This document shows positions 8,374 through 17,068 of a stretch of DNA of 64,000 bases, one piece after another (position 1 is the first letter of the stretch; each line of letters opens with the position of its first letter). The notes beneath the pieces were generated by a model. That model was not told the origin of the DNA. It did no database searches and saw nothing but the letters and a program-made list of their open reading frames with translations. The position numbers and the translations under genes are program-made. Source of the DNA: Candidatus Woesebacteria bacterium (GTDB lineage: Bacteria > Patescibacteriota > Microgenomatia > Woykebacterales > 2-01-FULL-43-14); the NCBI GenBank assembly GCA_020060105.1, contig JAGVAV010000023.1:14905-78904 (forward strand), written 5' to 3'.

Positions 8374-8565
8374 AGTAAACTAAATCTGCAAGAAAGCTTA
8401 AAAATCAACCGTCAACATTACTTAACCACATTTGAGAAAGACCCAAGAAAAAATCTCTAAGTAAGAATAATCTTTATCACAAGGTAAGGAGACTAACCTG
8501 CTAGAATGTTGTAAACACTCCAAGAAAAAACTATTTTTATCTTTAGTTCCCTTTGGTGATCGTCT

Positions 8566-9114
8566 ATGGATCAAAATATCCAACCCTTTGACTTACAACG
8601 CATGTTTTTTGGAGACTATCCTCTGCTTTTCCTACTGGAAGTCCTCTTCAGAACAGCCTTCATGTACCTTTATATGCTGCTAGCTTCCAGATTTCTTGGA
8701 AAACGAGGAGTCGGACAGCTTACTCCATTCGAATTTATTATCGTTATCGTCTTAGGCTCGGCGGCAGGGGACCCGATGTTTTATCCTCAGGTATCTCTGC
8801 TCCAGGGAGTAGCCGTCATAACAGTCGTAGTATTGCTCGAAAAGGTAATTGCCGAACTATCTCAAAGAAACAAGAAGCTGGAACATATCATACAGAGCAC
8901 CCCACAACTTTTAGTCAAAAACGGACAAGTTCTGGATAAAGCTTTAAATGAATCTGGACTAACCAAACAAGAGCTGTTAATGCAGCTTCGAACGGAAAAC
9001 ATAAGAGATATCGGTGAGGTAGAATACGCTTACCTTGAACCGATGGGAAAACTAAGCGTTTTTAAGCTAGAAGGGGGGAAAGAAAAGAAAGTAGAAACTA
9101 CTCTCCCACAATAA
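8566..9114 (+). CDS. DUF421 (YetF-like) membrane protein
   Basis: LGKRGVGQLTPFEFIIVIVLGSAAG is typical of DUF421. Confidence 0.6.
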   Translation: MDQNIQPFDLQRMFFGDYPLLFLLEVLFRTAFMYLYMLLASRFLGKRGVGQLTPFEFIIVIVLGSAAGDPMFYPQVSLLQGVAVITVVVLLEKVIAELSQRNKKLEHIIQSTPQLLVKNGQVLDKALNESGLTKQELLMQLRTENIRDIGEVEYAYLEPMGKLSVFKLEGGKEKKVETTLPQ

Positions 9115-9131
9115 CCATTAGATAATATTAT

Positions 9132-9157
9132 GAACCTAACACACCCGGAGGGTGTGA
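9132..9157 (+). repeat. Palindromic intergenic repeat, copy D (3' end diverged)
   Basis: GAACCTAACACACCCGGAGGGTGTGA. Confidence 0.85.
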
Positions 9158-9233
9158 GTGCAAGTTGTCAATAGTTCCAGCTTAGGTCAATTTGTTTGTT
9201 GAATCCATTTTTCCCTAAAACTAAAATTCCAGC

Positions 9234-11918
9234 ATGCCGAATAAACCAATTTGCGATATTTGTCATATCCGACCCGCTACTCATACCATCCAAGTATCTA
9301 GAAATGGAAAAAGGGAAATAATCCAAGTTTGCGACGTCGATTACCAAAACGCTATAGAGCAACGAGGTTTTTTCTCACCCTTTGAGTCTTCCTTTGGTGC
9401 AGACCCTTTCGGATTCTCCTCTGATTACTACGATAATTTTGAAAACCTTTCTTCTCGGATAGGTTTTCCCATTCCCAGACACCGTGAATCCGTCGACATT
9501 GACCAGTTCTTCTCCGAACACACCAAAGAACTGATTCAAAAAGCTGCTCAAAAGGTCATTGAGTCTGGCAGAAACGAACTTGACACTGAGCATCTTCTGT
9601 ACGCCCTTATTGATAGCGATGTCATTACCGAAATCTTGGAACAATTCAATATCAATCCAAAAGATCTTAAAGGATACGTTGAAGACAACATCCCAAAAGG
9701 CAGGTTAGATAAGAAGGAAAAAGCCGAAGTCACTGTCTCTCCAAGAGTAAAAAATGTTATCGAAAAAGCCTTCGAAGTTTCTCGAGAAATGGGACATAGC
9801 TATATCGGTCCCGAACATTTGTTATTAGGGCTGGCAATGGAAGAAGATGGCTTGGCCTACGATATTCTAAAAAGCTACGGGTTAAATGCAAATGCCATTC
9901 GGCAACAAACGTTAAAAGTGGTTGGTCGAGGAGCGAAGGAAGGCCGAGTCGAAACTAAAACCAAGACGCCTCAACTCGACAAATATTCCCGCGATTTATC
10001 CAGGTTAGCCAAAGAAGGAAAACTAGACCCGGTTATCGGCAGATCCGATGAAATTGAGACAACGATTGAAATTCTCTCTCGAAGAACAAAAAATAATCCC
10101 GCATTGATCGGAGAACCCGGCGTCGGAAAAACAGCGATAGTTGAAGGACTAGCCCAAAGAATTGAAAACCGCGACGTTCCGGAAGTGTTGCTGAATAAAA
10201 GAGTGGTCGAATTTAATATCAATTCCATTGTCGCCGGATCTAAGTACCGAGGAGAATTTGAGGAAAGAATTAAAGAAGTCATCGACGAGATAGTTGTTCA
10301 TAAAGACGAATTGATTATTTTCGTTGATGAGCTGCATAACATTGTCGGTGCCGGAGCAACCGGAACGGAAGGTGGCCTAGATGTCTCTAACGTAATCAAA
10401 CCCTACCTGGCCCGGGGAGAACTTCACCTGATCGGAGCCACCACTCTAAATGAGTACCAGAAATATATTGAAAAAGACATGGCTTTGGAACGAAGATTTC
10501 AGCCTGTCTTTATTTCCGAACCGACCGTCCTCCAAACAATTGAGATTCTTCGCGGATTGCGGGACAAGTATGAAGCTCATCACAAAGTTAAAATTACAGA
10601 TGAGGCGATCGTTGCCGCAGCCGAACTTTCAAATAAATATATTAGTACCCGCTTCTTGCCTGATAAGGCAATCGATCTCGTGGACCAAGCCGCTTCTAGA
10701 GTGAGAATCCTTTATGCTTCGAAACCAGAAACCGTCAAAAAAATCGAAGAAAAAGTGACCCGATTAAAGAGGGAAGAAGAATCAGCCACTTCTCGAAGAC
10801 AATACGATCAAGCGAAAAGGTACGCTGAGGAAATTCAAGCCCTAGAAAAAAATATTGAAGAAGAAAGGGCTAACTGGCGAAGAGAAAGGGGAGTTACCAC
10901 CGGCGAAGTGAAAAAGGAACACATTGCTCAAATCGTTTCCAAAATCACAGGTATTCCTGTAACTGACCTTACGCAAGAAGAAAGAGAACGGCTTTTGAAA
11001 ATGGAAGAAAAACTTCACCAGCGAGTCATTGGTCAAAACGAAGCAGTTACCGCTGTTTCGGACGCGGTTCGTCGCTCCCGAGCAGGCTTAACGAGTGGAA
11101 AACACCCAATTGCCACCCTTATGTTTCTCGGCCCAACCGGGGTGGGAAAAACCGAACTGGCTAGATCTCTGGCGTGGGTCATTTTTGGGGATGACGAAGC
11201 CTTGATTCGATTGGATATGAGCGAGTATAGGGAAAGGCACTCTGTTTCTAGATTAATCGGCGCTCCACCGGGCTATGTGGAGTATGAAGAAGCCGGGCAA
11301 CTCACCGAATCCATTCGAAGACGGCCTTACAGCGTTGTCTTGCTTGATGAGATTGAAAAAGCCCATCCAGACGTTTTCAATATTCTTTTACAGGTTTTAG
11401 ACGACGGCCGGCTCACTGACAGTAAAGGACGAACGGTTGATTTTACCAATACTATTATTATCGCCACAAGCAATCTCGGCTCTGATATTATTTACAAAAA
11501 TTTAATGACCAAGCAGAAAAAATCTTACGAAGAATTAAGAGGGGAGTTAAATATTTTACTCAAGAATTACTTCCGACCAGAGTTTTTGAACCGAACCGAT
11601 GAAATTATTGTTTTTCATGCTCTCACTGAAGAAGAAATAAAGACCATTACTAAGCTTCGGTTAGAAAGACTTAAGGTAATGGCTCGGGGGCAGGGAATTG
11701 ATCTTTCTTTCGATAAATCGGCCGTTGAACACATCGCCAAAGAAGGCTTTGCCCCAGAATTTGGAGCGCGAGAACTTCAAAGAAAAATCAAAACAGAGAT
11801 CGAAAACCCTCTCGCTAAAGAAGTGTTGAGCGGAAAAATAAAAGAAGGGGAGAAAATCGTGGCTTTTTTCGATCCTGTAAATCATGTTTTCAATTTTTCC
11901 CATTCAGCTTCTCCCTAA
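9234..11918 (+). CDS. clpC: ATP-dependent Clp protease ATP-binding subunit ClpC/ClpA-type, with an N-terminal Cys/His-rich extension
   Basis: Clp_N repeats (EHLLYALI, EHLLLGLA). Two AAA modules (GEPGVGKTAIVEGLA; GPTGVGKTELARSLA). N-terminal CDICHIRPATH...VCDVDY. Confidence 0.9.
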   Translation: MPNKPICDICHIRPATHTIQVSRNGKREIIQVCDVDYQNAIEQRGFFSPFESSFGADPFGFSSDYYDNFENLSSRIGFPIPRHRESVDIDQFFSEHTKELIQKAAQKVIESGRNELDTEHLLYALIDSDVITEILEQFNINPKDLKGYVEDNIPKGRLDKKEKAEVTVSPRVKNVIEKAFEVSREMGHSYIGPEHLLLGLAMEEDGLAYDILKSYGLNANAIRQQTLKVVGRGAKEGRVETKTKTPQLDKYSRDLSRLAKEGKLDPVIGRSDEIETTIEILSRRTKNNPALIGEPGVGKTAIVEGLAQRIENRDVPEVLLNKRVVEFNINSIVAGSKYRGEFEERIKEVIDEIVVHKDELIIFVDELHNIVGAGATGTEGGLDVSNVIKPYLARGELHLIGATTLNEYQKYIEKDMALERRFQPVFISEPTVLQTIEILRGLRDKYEAHHKVKITDEAIVAAAELSNKYISTRFLPDKAIDLVDQAASRVRILYASKPETVKKIEEKVTRLKREEESATSRRQYDQAKRYAEEIQALEKNIEEERANWRRERGVTTGEVKKEHIAQIVSKITGIPVTDLTQEERERLLKMEEKLHQRVIGQNEAVTAVSDAVRRSRAGLTSGKHPIATLMFLGPTGVGKTELARSLAWVIFGDDEALIRLDMSEYRERHSVSRLIGAPPGYVEYEEAGQLTESIRRRPYSVVLLDEIEKAHPDVFNILLQVLDDGRLTDSKGRTVDFTNTIIIATSNLGSDIIYKNLMTKQKKSYEELRGELNILLKNYFRPEFLNRTDEIIVFHALTEEEIKTITKLRLERLKVMARGQGIDLSFDKSAVEHIAKEGFAPEFGARELQRKIKTEIENPLAKEVLSGKIKEGEKIVAFFDPVNHVFNFSHSASP

Positions 11919-12020
11919 TCTATTTTACCTATGCGGATATCCCAATTTCTGTTAACCACCCTGTTTTCGTTAAAGGCATTCTGATTCGAAATTTTTCTCT
12001 AGAAGTGATATAAGTTATGT

Positions 12021-13001
12021 ATGAGTGACCAGAACATTAAGTGGAACAATAAAGTTAAGCTTGTTTTAGCCGATGTCGATGAGACGATAGCGGATGTTTA
12101 TACTCCCGCGGAGCCGGAAATGATCGGAGAACTAACCTCTGTCCTTGAAGAAGGGGTAGTTATCTTTTTCGTTACAGGAGCAAGCCTCGCGAGGGTCGAA
12201 TCGAGAATTACTAATCAAATTCCAGGCCATCTGAGAAGATTTACATTAGTAAGCCACTGTAACGGGGCAGAAGTATGGGGGTTTAATAGCGAGGGAGATA
12301 AAAAGGAGAAGCCCTTTTACAGTCTCTATGATGAAACTTTTTCCCAACAACAAAAAGATAAATGGCGAGAAATTGTCAAACAACTAATTGAAGAGTTTAA
12401 ACTCTCGGTCTACCCGGCAACTAAAGTTTCGGAGTTTAAAACGATGGCTGGCCATAATCCGCTAGCCGTAATGCTCGAAGATAGAGGACCGCAAATAACT
12501 TTTGAATTTGTTAACGGTTATGACCTCACACCGGAACAGGAAAAACAGCTAGAAATGTCCGTGCCACAAACTAATGGAGCACTAGATTTAAGAATTCCGG
12601 TGCTCGAAAGAGCAGATCGCCTGTTTCAAGAAAATAATATTCCGGTTACGCCAAGATTAGGAGGAATATTTGCCCTAGATTTTGCCATAAAAGGGGTATC
12701 AAAAACCTACTCAGTAAAGCACGTTCTCGAAAATGAAAATATCCTTGAGTCTGCCGGTTTATCAAGACAAGATTTAGAAAATCCAGATCACATTGAGATC
12801 TGGGGCGATAAATTTGATCAATTTAGAGGCGGCACGGATCGGCATATGTGCGAGGCGGTAAACCCAAAGGTTAGAGCGATTGACTTTCGTGAGGAAGACC
12901 CTTCCGGTTTTCTTCCTGGCTACAACGTGGTAATTTGGAAGGGAAAATATCACCTACACCATGGTTTACTAGAGTATCTTAAATCTCGACATAACAAGTA
13001 G
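12021..13001 (+). CDS. HAD-superfamily hydrolase (IIB-like phosphatase)
   Basis: Motif I LADVDETIAD (DxDxT). A distal GDKFDQ acidic motif. Confidence 0.6.
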   Translation: MSDQNIKWNNKVKLVLADVDETIADVYTPAEPEMIGELTSVLEEGVVIFFVTGASLARVESRITNQIPGHLRRFTLVSHCNGAEVWGFNSEGDKKEKPFYSLYDETFSQQQKDKWREIVKQLIEEFKLSVYPATKVSEFKTMAGHNPLAVMLEDRGPQITFEFVNGYDLTPEQEKQLEMSVPQTNGALDLRIPVLERADRLFQENNIPVTPRLGGIFALDFAIKGVSKTYSVKHVLENENILESAGLSRQDLENPDHIEIWGDKFDQFRGGTDRHMCEAVNPKVRAIDFREEDPSGFLPGYNVVIWKGKYHLHHGLLEYLKSRHNK

Positions 13002-13030
13002 GTGTGAACCTAACACACCCGGAGGGTGTG
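13001..13030 (+). repeat. Palindromic intergenic repeat, copy E (full 5' arm)
   Basis: GGTGTGAACCTAACACACCCGGAGGGTGTG immediately after the HAD stop codon. Confidence 0.9.
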
Positions 13031-13149
13031 TTAGTGGAGTTACAAGTCGGGGCTAGCCCTGATCCAATCGGGGCTGGCGGATCAAGTTAAATGGGTGTAT
13101 AATTCTTTCCAACGAGAACAAAATTCAGATTGGAAGGAGGGTGAGAGCC

Positions 13150-13443
13150 TTGATTTTTCTCGTTTGGCTGAGGATCGACAGAACCAAAGCCCCGAAGGCT
13201 GACCAAGTGGGCCGAGAAAAAGCGGTTAATTTTTTAGTTTCGCAAAGGTGTGCCGCCCGAGAAAGCTTGATATGGTGGCTAGCGCAGAATGGTCTTGAAA
13301 AGAAAGTGGAGATCATCAATACCTTAAGCCACCTTGGTGTTTTGGAAATGAACATCATGGAAGGGTCGCTGGAACTTCTCAAGCAATGTCCTTTCATCGA
13401 GGCAATCGTTCCTGATGTGAAGGTGGGGAATCTGATCCGTTAG
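13150..13443 (+). CDS. Hypothetical protein
   Basis: TTG start 9 nt after AGGAGG. The ORF ends at a strong terminator. Preferred over the overlapping antisense ORF 13125-13397. Confidence 0.3.
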   Translation: MIFLVWLRIDRTKAPKADQVGREKAVNFLVSQRCAARESLIWWLAQNGLEKKVEIINTLSHLGVLEMNIMEGSLELLKQCPFIEAIVPDVKVGNLIR

Positions 13444-13465
13444 AGCTAACTCGTTAACTTTCCTT

Positions 13466-13503
13466 AAACCGTCGACGAAAAAAACGTTGGCGGTTTTTCT
13501 TTG
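13466..13503 (+). terminator. Rho-independent terminator ending GGCGGTTTTTCTTTG
   Basis: GC-rich hairpin ACCGTCGACG...CGTTGGCGG followed by TTTTTCTTT. Confidence 0.6.
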
Positions 13504-13632
13504 ATAAACTTTCGTGGTATAAATAAATTATCCGGCTAGAACGGCTTCTGCACGTTTCAAATCTTTAAAAATCAATATCGTTTTACTATGGATATTTGAT
13601 CTCTTTTTACTTACCACTTTAGGAGCAACCAC

Positions 13633-13914
13633 GTGAACCGTGTTCAGTTATCAACCGAAGCAAAATATCTTAAACTTGGTTTATACGAGCATTACAAAGG
13701 TAAAAGGTATATGGTGCTAGGCGTGGCTATTCACAGCGAAACCCTGGAAGAATTTGTCGTCTATAAAGCTCTTTACGGAAAAGGATTTACTTGGTTAAGA
13801 CCGCTCAAGATGTTTTTGGAAACGATCGAGGTTGGGGGAAGGACAACCCCAAGATTTCGTTATCTTCCATCGACAGGAAGGTTAAACAAAGAAAAGGAAA
13901 TTAAATTAAGGTAA
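13633..13914 (+). CDS. DUF1653-like small protein
   Basis: YEHYKGKRYMVLGVAIHSETLEEFVVYKALY pattern. GTG start 8 nt after AGGAG. Confidence 0.5.
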   Translation: MNRVQLSTEAKYLKLGLYEHYKGKRYMVLGVAIHSETLEEFVVYKALYGKGFTWLRPLKMFLETIEVGGRTTPRFRYLPSTGRLNKEKEIKLR

Positions 13915-13938
13915 ACTTGATTTAAAAAGAGGAAATAA

Positions 13939-14577
13939 ATGGCCATCACTGATTCGCGAGAGAAAATTATCTCAAAAAGAGGGTATCGAAAAGACATTTC
14001 CGGAGATCAATACGATCTTTACTTATCCAGTTATCCGGTGGCCGCTAACTACCTTATGGAAAGGCTAGCTGGTAGGGGTAAGGTCGTGGCCGAGCTTTGT
14101 TGTGGAGTAGGGGTCACCTTAGAAACACTCGCAAAGGTGTTTAATCATTTGATCGGTGTAGAGCTAGACGCAAATGCCTTAGCGCATTGTAGAAAAAATT
14201 TGGAAAGAGAAGGAGTATTAAATAAAGTTACTCTAATAAATGGCGACGTGTCTGACGAAGTTTTATTAAGAAACATCAAGGCAGATCTTGTCATTTACGA
14301 CATCCCGTACTGGGTGTCTCTAAAGTTGCCTGACGGGACAGATATCCTGGAGAAAAACCCAAACTTTGAGACTTTAGTGGTCAAGATCAAAGAGCTAATT
14401 ACCGAAGATATCGTTGTTTTTGCCCCGCCTTGGTTTGAATATCCTTTGGCGGAAAGAGTGTTTGGCAAATGTGAATTTCAGAAAATCTATATAAATGGCC
14501 GCTACGATCGAAATTACATTTTCTCTGGAAATCTAGTTAATCAGGAAGGGGTCGCGGAAAAACAACTGCGTTATTAA
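13939..14577 (+). CDS. Class I SAM-dependent methyltransferase (TGS1 / RNA cap guanine-N2 methyltransferase-like)
   Basis: Motif I VAELCCGVGVTLETLA. A DIPYW block resembling the (D/N)PP(Y/W) motif of amino-methyltransferases. Confidence 0.55.
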   Translation: MAITDSREKIISKRGYRKDISGDQYDLYLSSYPVAANYLMERLAGRGKVVAELCCGVGVTLETLAKVFNHLIGVELDANALAHCRKNLEREGVLNKVTLINGDVSDEVLLRNIKADLVIYDIPYWVSLKLPDGTDILEKNPNFETLVVKIKELITEDIVVFAPPWFEYPLAERVFGKCEFQKIYINGRYDRNYIFSGNLVNQEGVAEKQLRY

Positions 14578-14710
14578 TCCCTGATTGATTAGAAAAGTAG
14601 AGATTAAAAGTAACAAAAGTGTATTCAAAAGAGAACCGTCCCCTTAGCCTTGCTTTTTATTCACGTTTATCCTTATAATAAGTCCCAAAGAAAATTCAAG
14701 GAGGGGGACA

Positions 14711-15103
14711 ATGCGCTTTAGAAAATGCCAAGAAGCCCTGTTTAAGGGGATGAGGCCAAGGTTCCCAAAAGGAATCAACCAACTAAACCAGCTTTACTCA
14801 AGTGGTAAGGGATTTAGTGTCAATGATCTTAGAGAGGTGCTCCGAGGAGTTCCTGGTTTTTACACGGCCTGCCTTGGTCTACTTACGTCGGATGGCTACC
14901 ACTGGCATGTCCAGGTAATCTTCCTATATGAAAACGAGGTTGTTTACGTCCTTTTTCCTTGGCGAGACAATAAGGGAATGGAGCGTTCAGTCGCACTTTA
15001 CCCTGAAGAAGCCATTCCGAAAGAAGCCCTGGTTCGCCTGGTAGGTAAGATAACAAAGTCCCTAGAAATGCGTCAAGTTCAAAGGGCAGACGTTCCCGCC
15101 TAA
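14711..15103 (+). CDS. Hypothetical protein
   Basis: Strong RBS (AAGGAGGGGG) 4 nt before the ATG. Upstream TTGCTT-17-TTATAA promoter-like elements. Confidence 0.5.
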   Translation: MRFRKCQEALFKGMRPRFPKGINQLNQLYSSGKGFSVNDLREVLRGVPGFYTACLGLLTSDGYHWHVQVIFLYENEVVYVLFPWRDNKGMERSVALYPEEAIPKEALVRLVGKITKSLEMRQVQRADVPA

Positions 15104-15250
15104 TAACTTAATTTACTCTCGCCCCAGAAAACCCTTCATCCCAGATCCAAATGGAGCACTCGTGGAGGAGGTAATCACTTCTGTGTTTACTTCCTCTTTT
15201 CCTTTTAGCAAAAGAACAGATGTAAAGCTGGTGAATAATTGAAAACCAGG

Positions 15251-15286
15251 CCTATAGTTGACAGATGTTACGGCCCGTGGTAGAAT
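15251..15286 (+). promoter_or_regulatory. Promoter CCTATAG-TTGACA-17-TAGAAT
   Basis: Consensus -35 and -10 with a 17-nt spacer. A CCTATAG upstream extension is shared with three other sites. Confidence 0.55.
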
Positions 15287-15323
15287 TCCCTCAAATAAAC
15301 TAAAAAAGGAGAGTGCGCCTGCC

Positions 15324-15938
15324 ATGTGTTCAGACGACCAGATAGCAAAGCTGCGGGAAGATATCGACATTCTCACCCAAAGAGTAACCGCGCTTGAGGA
15401 AAAATTAGGGACCTCCCCAGAAGAAGTTCAAGAAAAAGTCTCGTTCGAAGAACACTTAGAAAAATTAAAGGAGGAGATTGGCCGGACCGTTTTCTCGTAC
15501 CATCGCGGCGGAAAACCAAAAGCGTTGGCAAGGGTGATTGATCTGATACCAAACATGTCGACGCTTGTTGAAAGAGCTCAAGTCGTTTCCCGTCTCCGAA
15601 GAGAAGAAAAAAAGCTTTTGAGTGAATTTCAGAAATTCTACGAGGGTTCTGAAGGTCTTCTTCAGGAAATCAGAGCCCTCGTTGAGCAGGCACCCAGAGA
15701 CCTCTACGAGAAAACGAGAATAGAGGCTGACACTTTCCTAACCAAACACGGTGTCTGGGGAAGCTGTATGGGAACCGTATATCAAATTGAGTACCTGTTC
15801 GGGGAAAGGAATGATTATAACTCAGGCCTTCTCTTAGGTGTACCGAGGGGAGCAATGGAAATGGTTACGTTCTTCCGAACAGTGCTTATCGTCATTAACG
15901 GCCTTGGCAACAAAAGCGCCACTCCCGTCTTGGCATAA
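15324..15938 (+). CDS. Hypothetical protein with an N-terminal coiled coil
   Basis: ATG at 15324 downstream of the promoter. The ORF-track start at 15258 is the -35 hexamer itself. Confidence 0.5.
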   Translation: MCSDDQIAKLREDIDILTQRVTALEEKLGTSPEEVQEKVSFEEHLEKLKEEIGRTVFSYHRGGKPKALARVIDLIPNMSTLVERAQVVSRLRREEKKLLSEFQKFYEGSEGLLQEIRALVEQAPRDLYEKTRIEADTFLTKHGVWGSCMGTVYQIEYLFGERNDYNSGLLLGVPRGAMEMVTFFRTVLIVINGLGNKSATPVLA

Positions 15939-16064
15939 AAAAGCAACCGGTACGGGCAGTGTGTTGATAATCAACTACTGCCCTTTTTCTTTCTCCTTTG
16001 CCTTTTCCTCGGCACTCCTATTCACTGGAAAGCCGCCTTACTCACCCTGCTGCTCGAAACCAAT

Positions 16065-16092
16065 CTTGTTAAACTTGCCTATAGTTGTATAA
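16065..16092 (+). promoter_or_regulatory. Putative promoter containing CCTATAGTTG and TATAAT
   Basis: TTGTTA-16-TATAAT with the CCTATAG motif inside. Exact -35 assignment is ambiguous. Confidence 0.35.
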
Positions 16093-16138
16093 TATATCTC
16101 TAGAAAGCTATCCAGATATTAGGAAAGGAGAGGAAGCA

Positions 16139-16810
16139 ATGTCTGCGGTAGTGGCTCTAAAGGAGCTGAAAGAGAGAATTAGCCACGTAAAATCTTCATT
16201 GGTAATGGCTCTAAAGAAGCTAAAGGGGAGACTTAGCCACGTAAAATCTTCATCCTGGCACTTTCAGTTCGTTGAAATGGTCTGGAAGGAGGGCGCTCGG
16301 AACTCGAAAGCTTGTTCGTATTACTGGGTTAAGTTTCCCACCTCGATGCTGATCGTTCTATTGGTTCTTTGCTTAGTTGGGGTGGTTTATCCCGTGGGGT
16401 GGTTCCTAGGCTTCCAGTTTAAGTTTTCAGCACCTAAAAGCGGCGAGTATAATGAGGGTGGTGAATTATTTTACCCTTACAAAACCACCAGAAAAGGTAA
16501 AAAGGTCCGGTTTGCTCCGTGGGAAATCGCTATGGGGATTTGCTGGGCCTTGATCGTAATCTTGGTGGCCCACCATCTAGTTTTCAATGACCCGGCCTTG
16601 GGCGTCGGGATACTCACGTATGGAGCATTGACAGTCGCGTTAGTCACTCTCTGCGTGCTGCTGTGGCCCGTGTTACGGAAGAAGGCAACTTCAAGTGATC
16701 GACCCAGACTTAGGCTGTTTTCTTTCCGGGGCAGTATCGACAATCGGCTCACCCGCAATCTGTCTTCTTTTTGGGACAGGGTCTGTCCCAAACTAATCGT
16801 TGACGAATAA
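16139..16810 (+). CDS. Hypothetical membrane protein with an internal 54-nt tandem duplication
   Basis: RBS GGAAAGGAGAGG upstream of the ATG. The duplicated 18-aa unit is ALKELKERISHVKSS / ALKKLKGRLSHVKSS. Multiple TM segments. Confidence 0.5.
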   Translation: MSAVVALKELKERISHVKSSLVMALKKLKGRLSHVKSSSWHFQFVEMVWKEGARNSKACSYYWVKFPTSMLIVLLVLCLVGVVYPVGWFLGFQFKFSAPKSGEYNEGGELFYPYKTTRKGKKVRFAPWEIAMGICWALIVILVAHHLVFNDPALGVGILTYGALTVALVTLCVLLWPVLRKKATSSDRPRLRLFSFRGSIDNRLTRNLSSFWDRVCPKLIVDE

Positions 16811-16834
16811 ATCATCGTCGAAGGAGTAAACTGA

Positions 16835-16870
16835 CCGCCAGTAAAGAAATATACTGGCGGTTTTTCTTTG
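16835..16870 (+). terminator. Rho-independent terminator ending GGCGGTTTTTCTTTG
   Basis: Perfect 9-bp stem CCGCCAGTA / TACTGGCGG followed by TTTTTCTTT. Confidence 0.65.
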
Positions 16871-17068
16871 GCAAATGATCCAAACCCATCCTCTTCTCCT
16901 CACACTTTGCCAAGATATTTCCTAAACCGAGGTCTAACCTAAGGCGGGTTTGAAAAAAGCTTTGATAAAAGATCTTTACCTTTTTTTAAAGATTTGCTAA
17001 TATTAGGACTGTTGTCTTCATTAGGGCTCATAAAAGTTTAGAAATTTTTAAAAAATTATTCTTTTACT

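Noticed and set aside
9375-11036. Small ORFs inside or antisense to clpC
   Set aside because: They lie entirely within the 894-aa ClpC gene, which has strong motif support.
13125-13397. Minus-strand 90-aa ORF
   Set aside because: It overlaps the plus-strand ORF that has an RBS and a terminator, and it has no RBS of its own. Treated as antisense noise.
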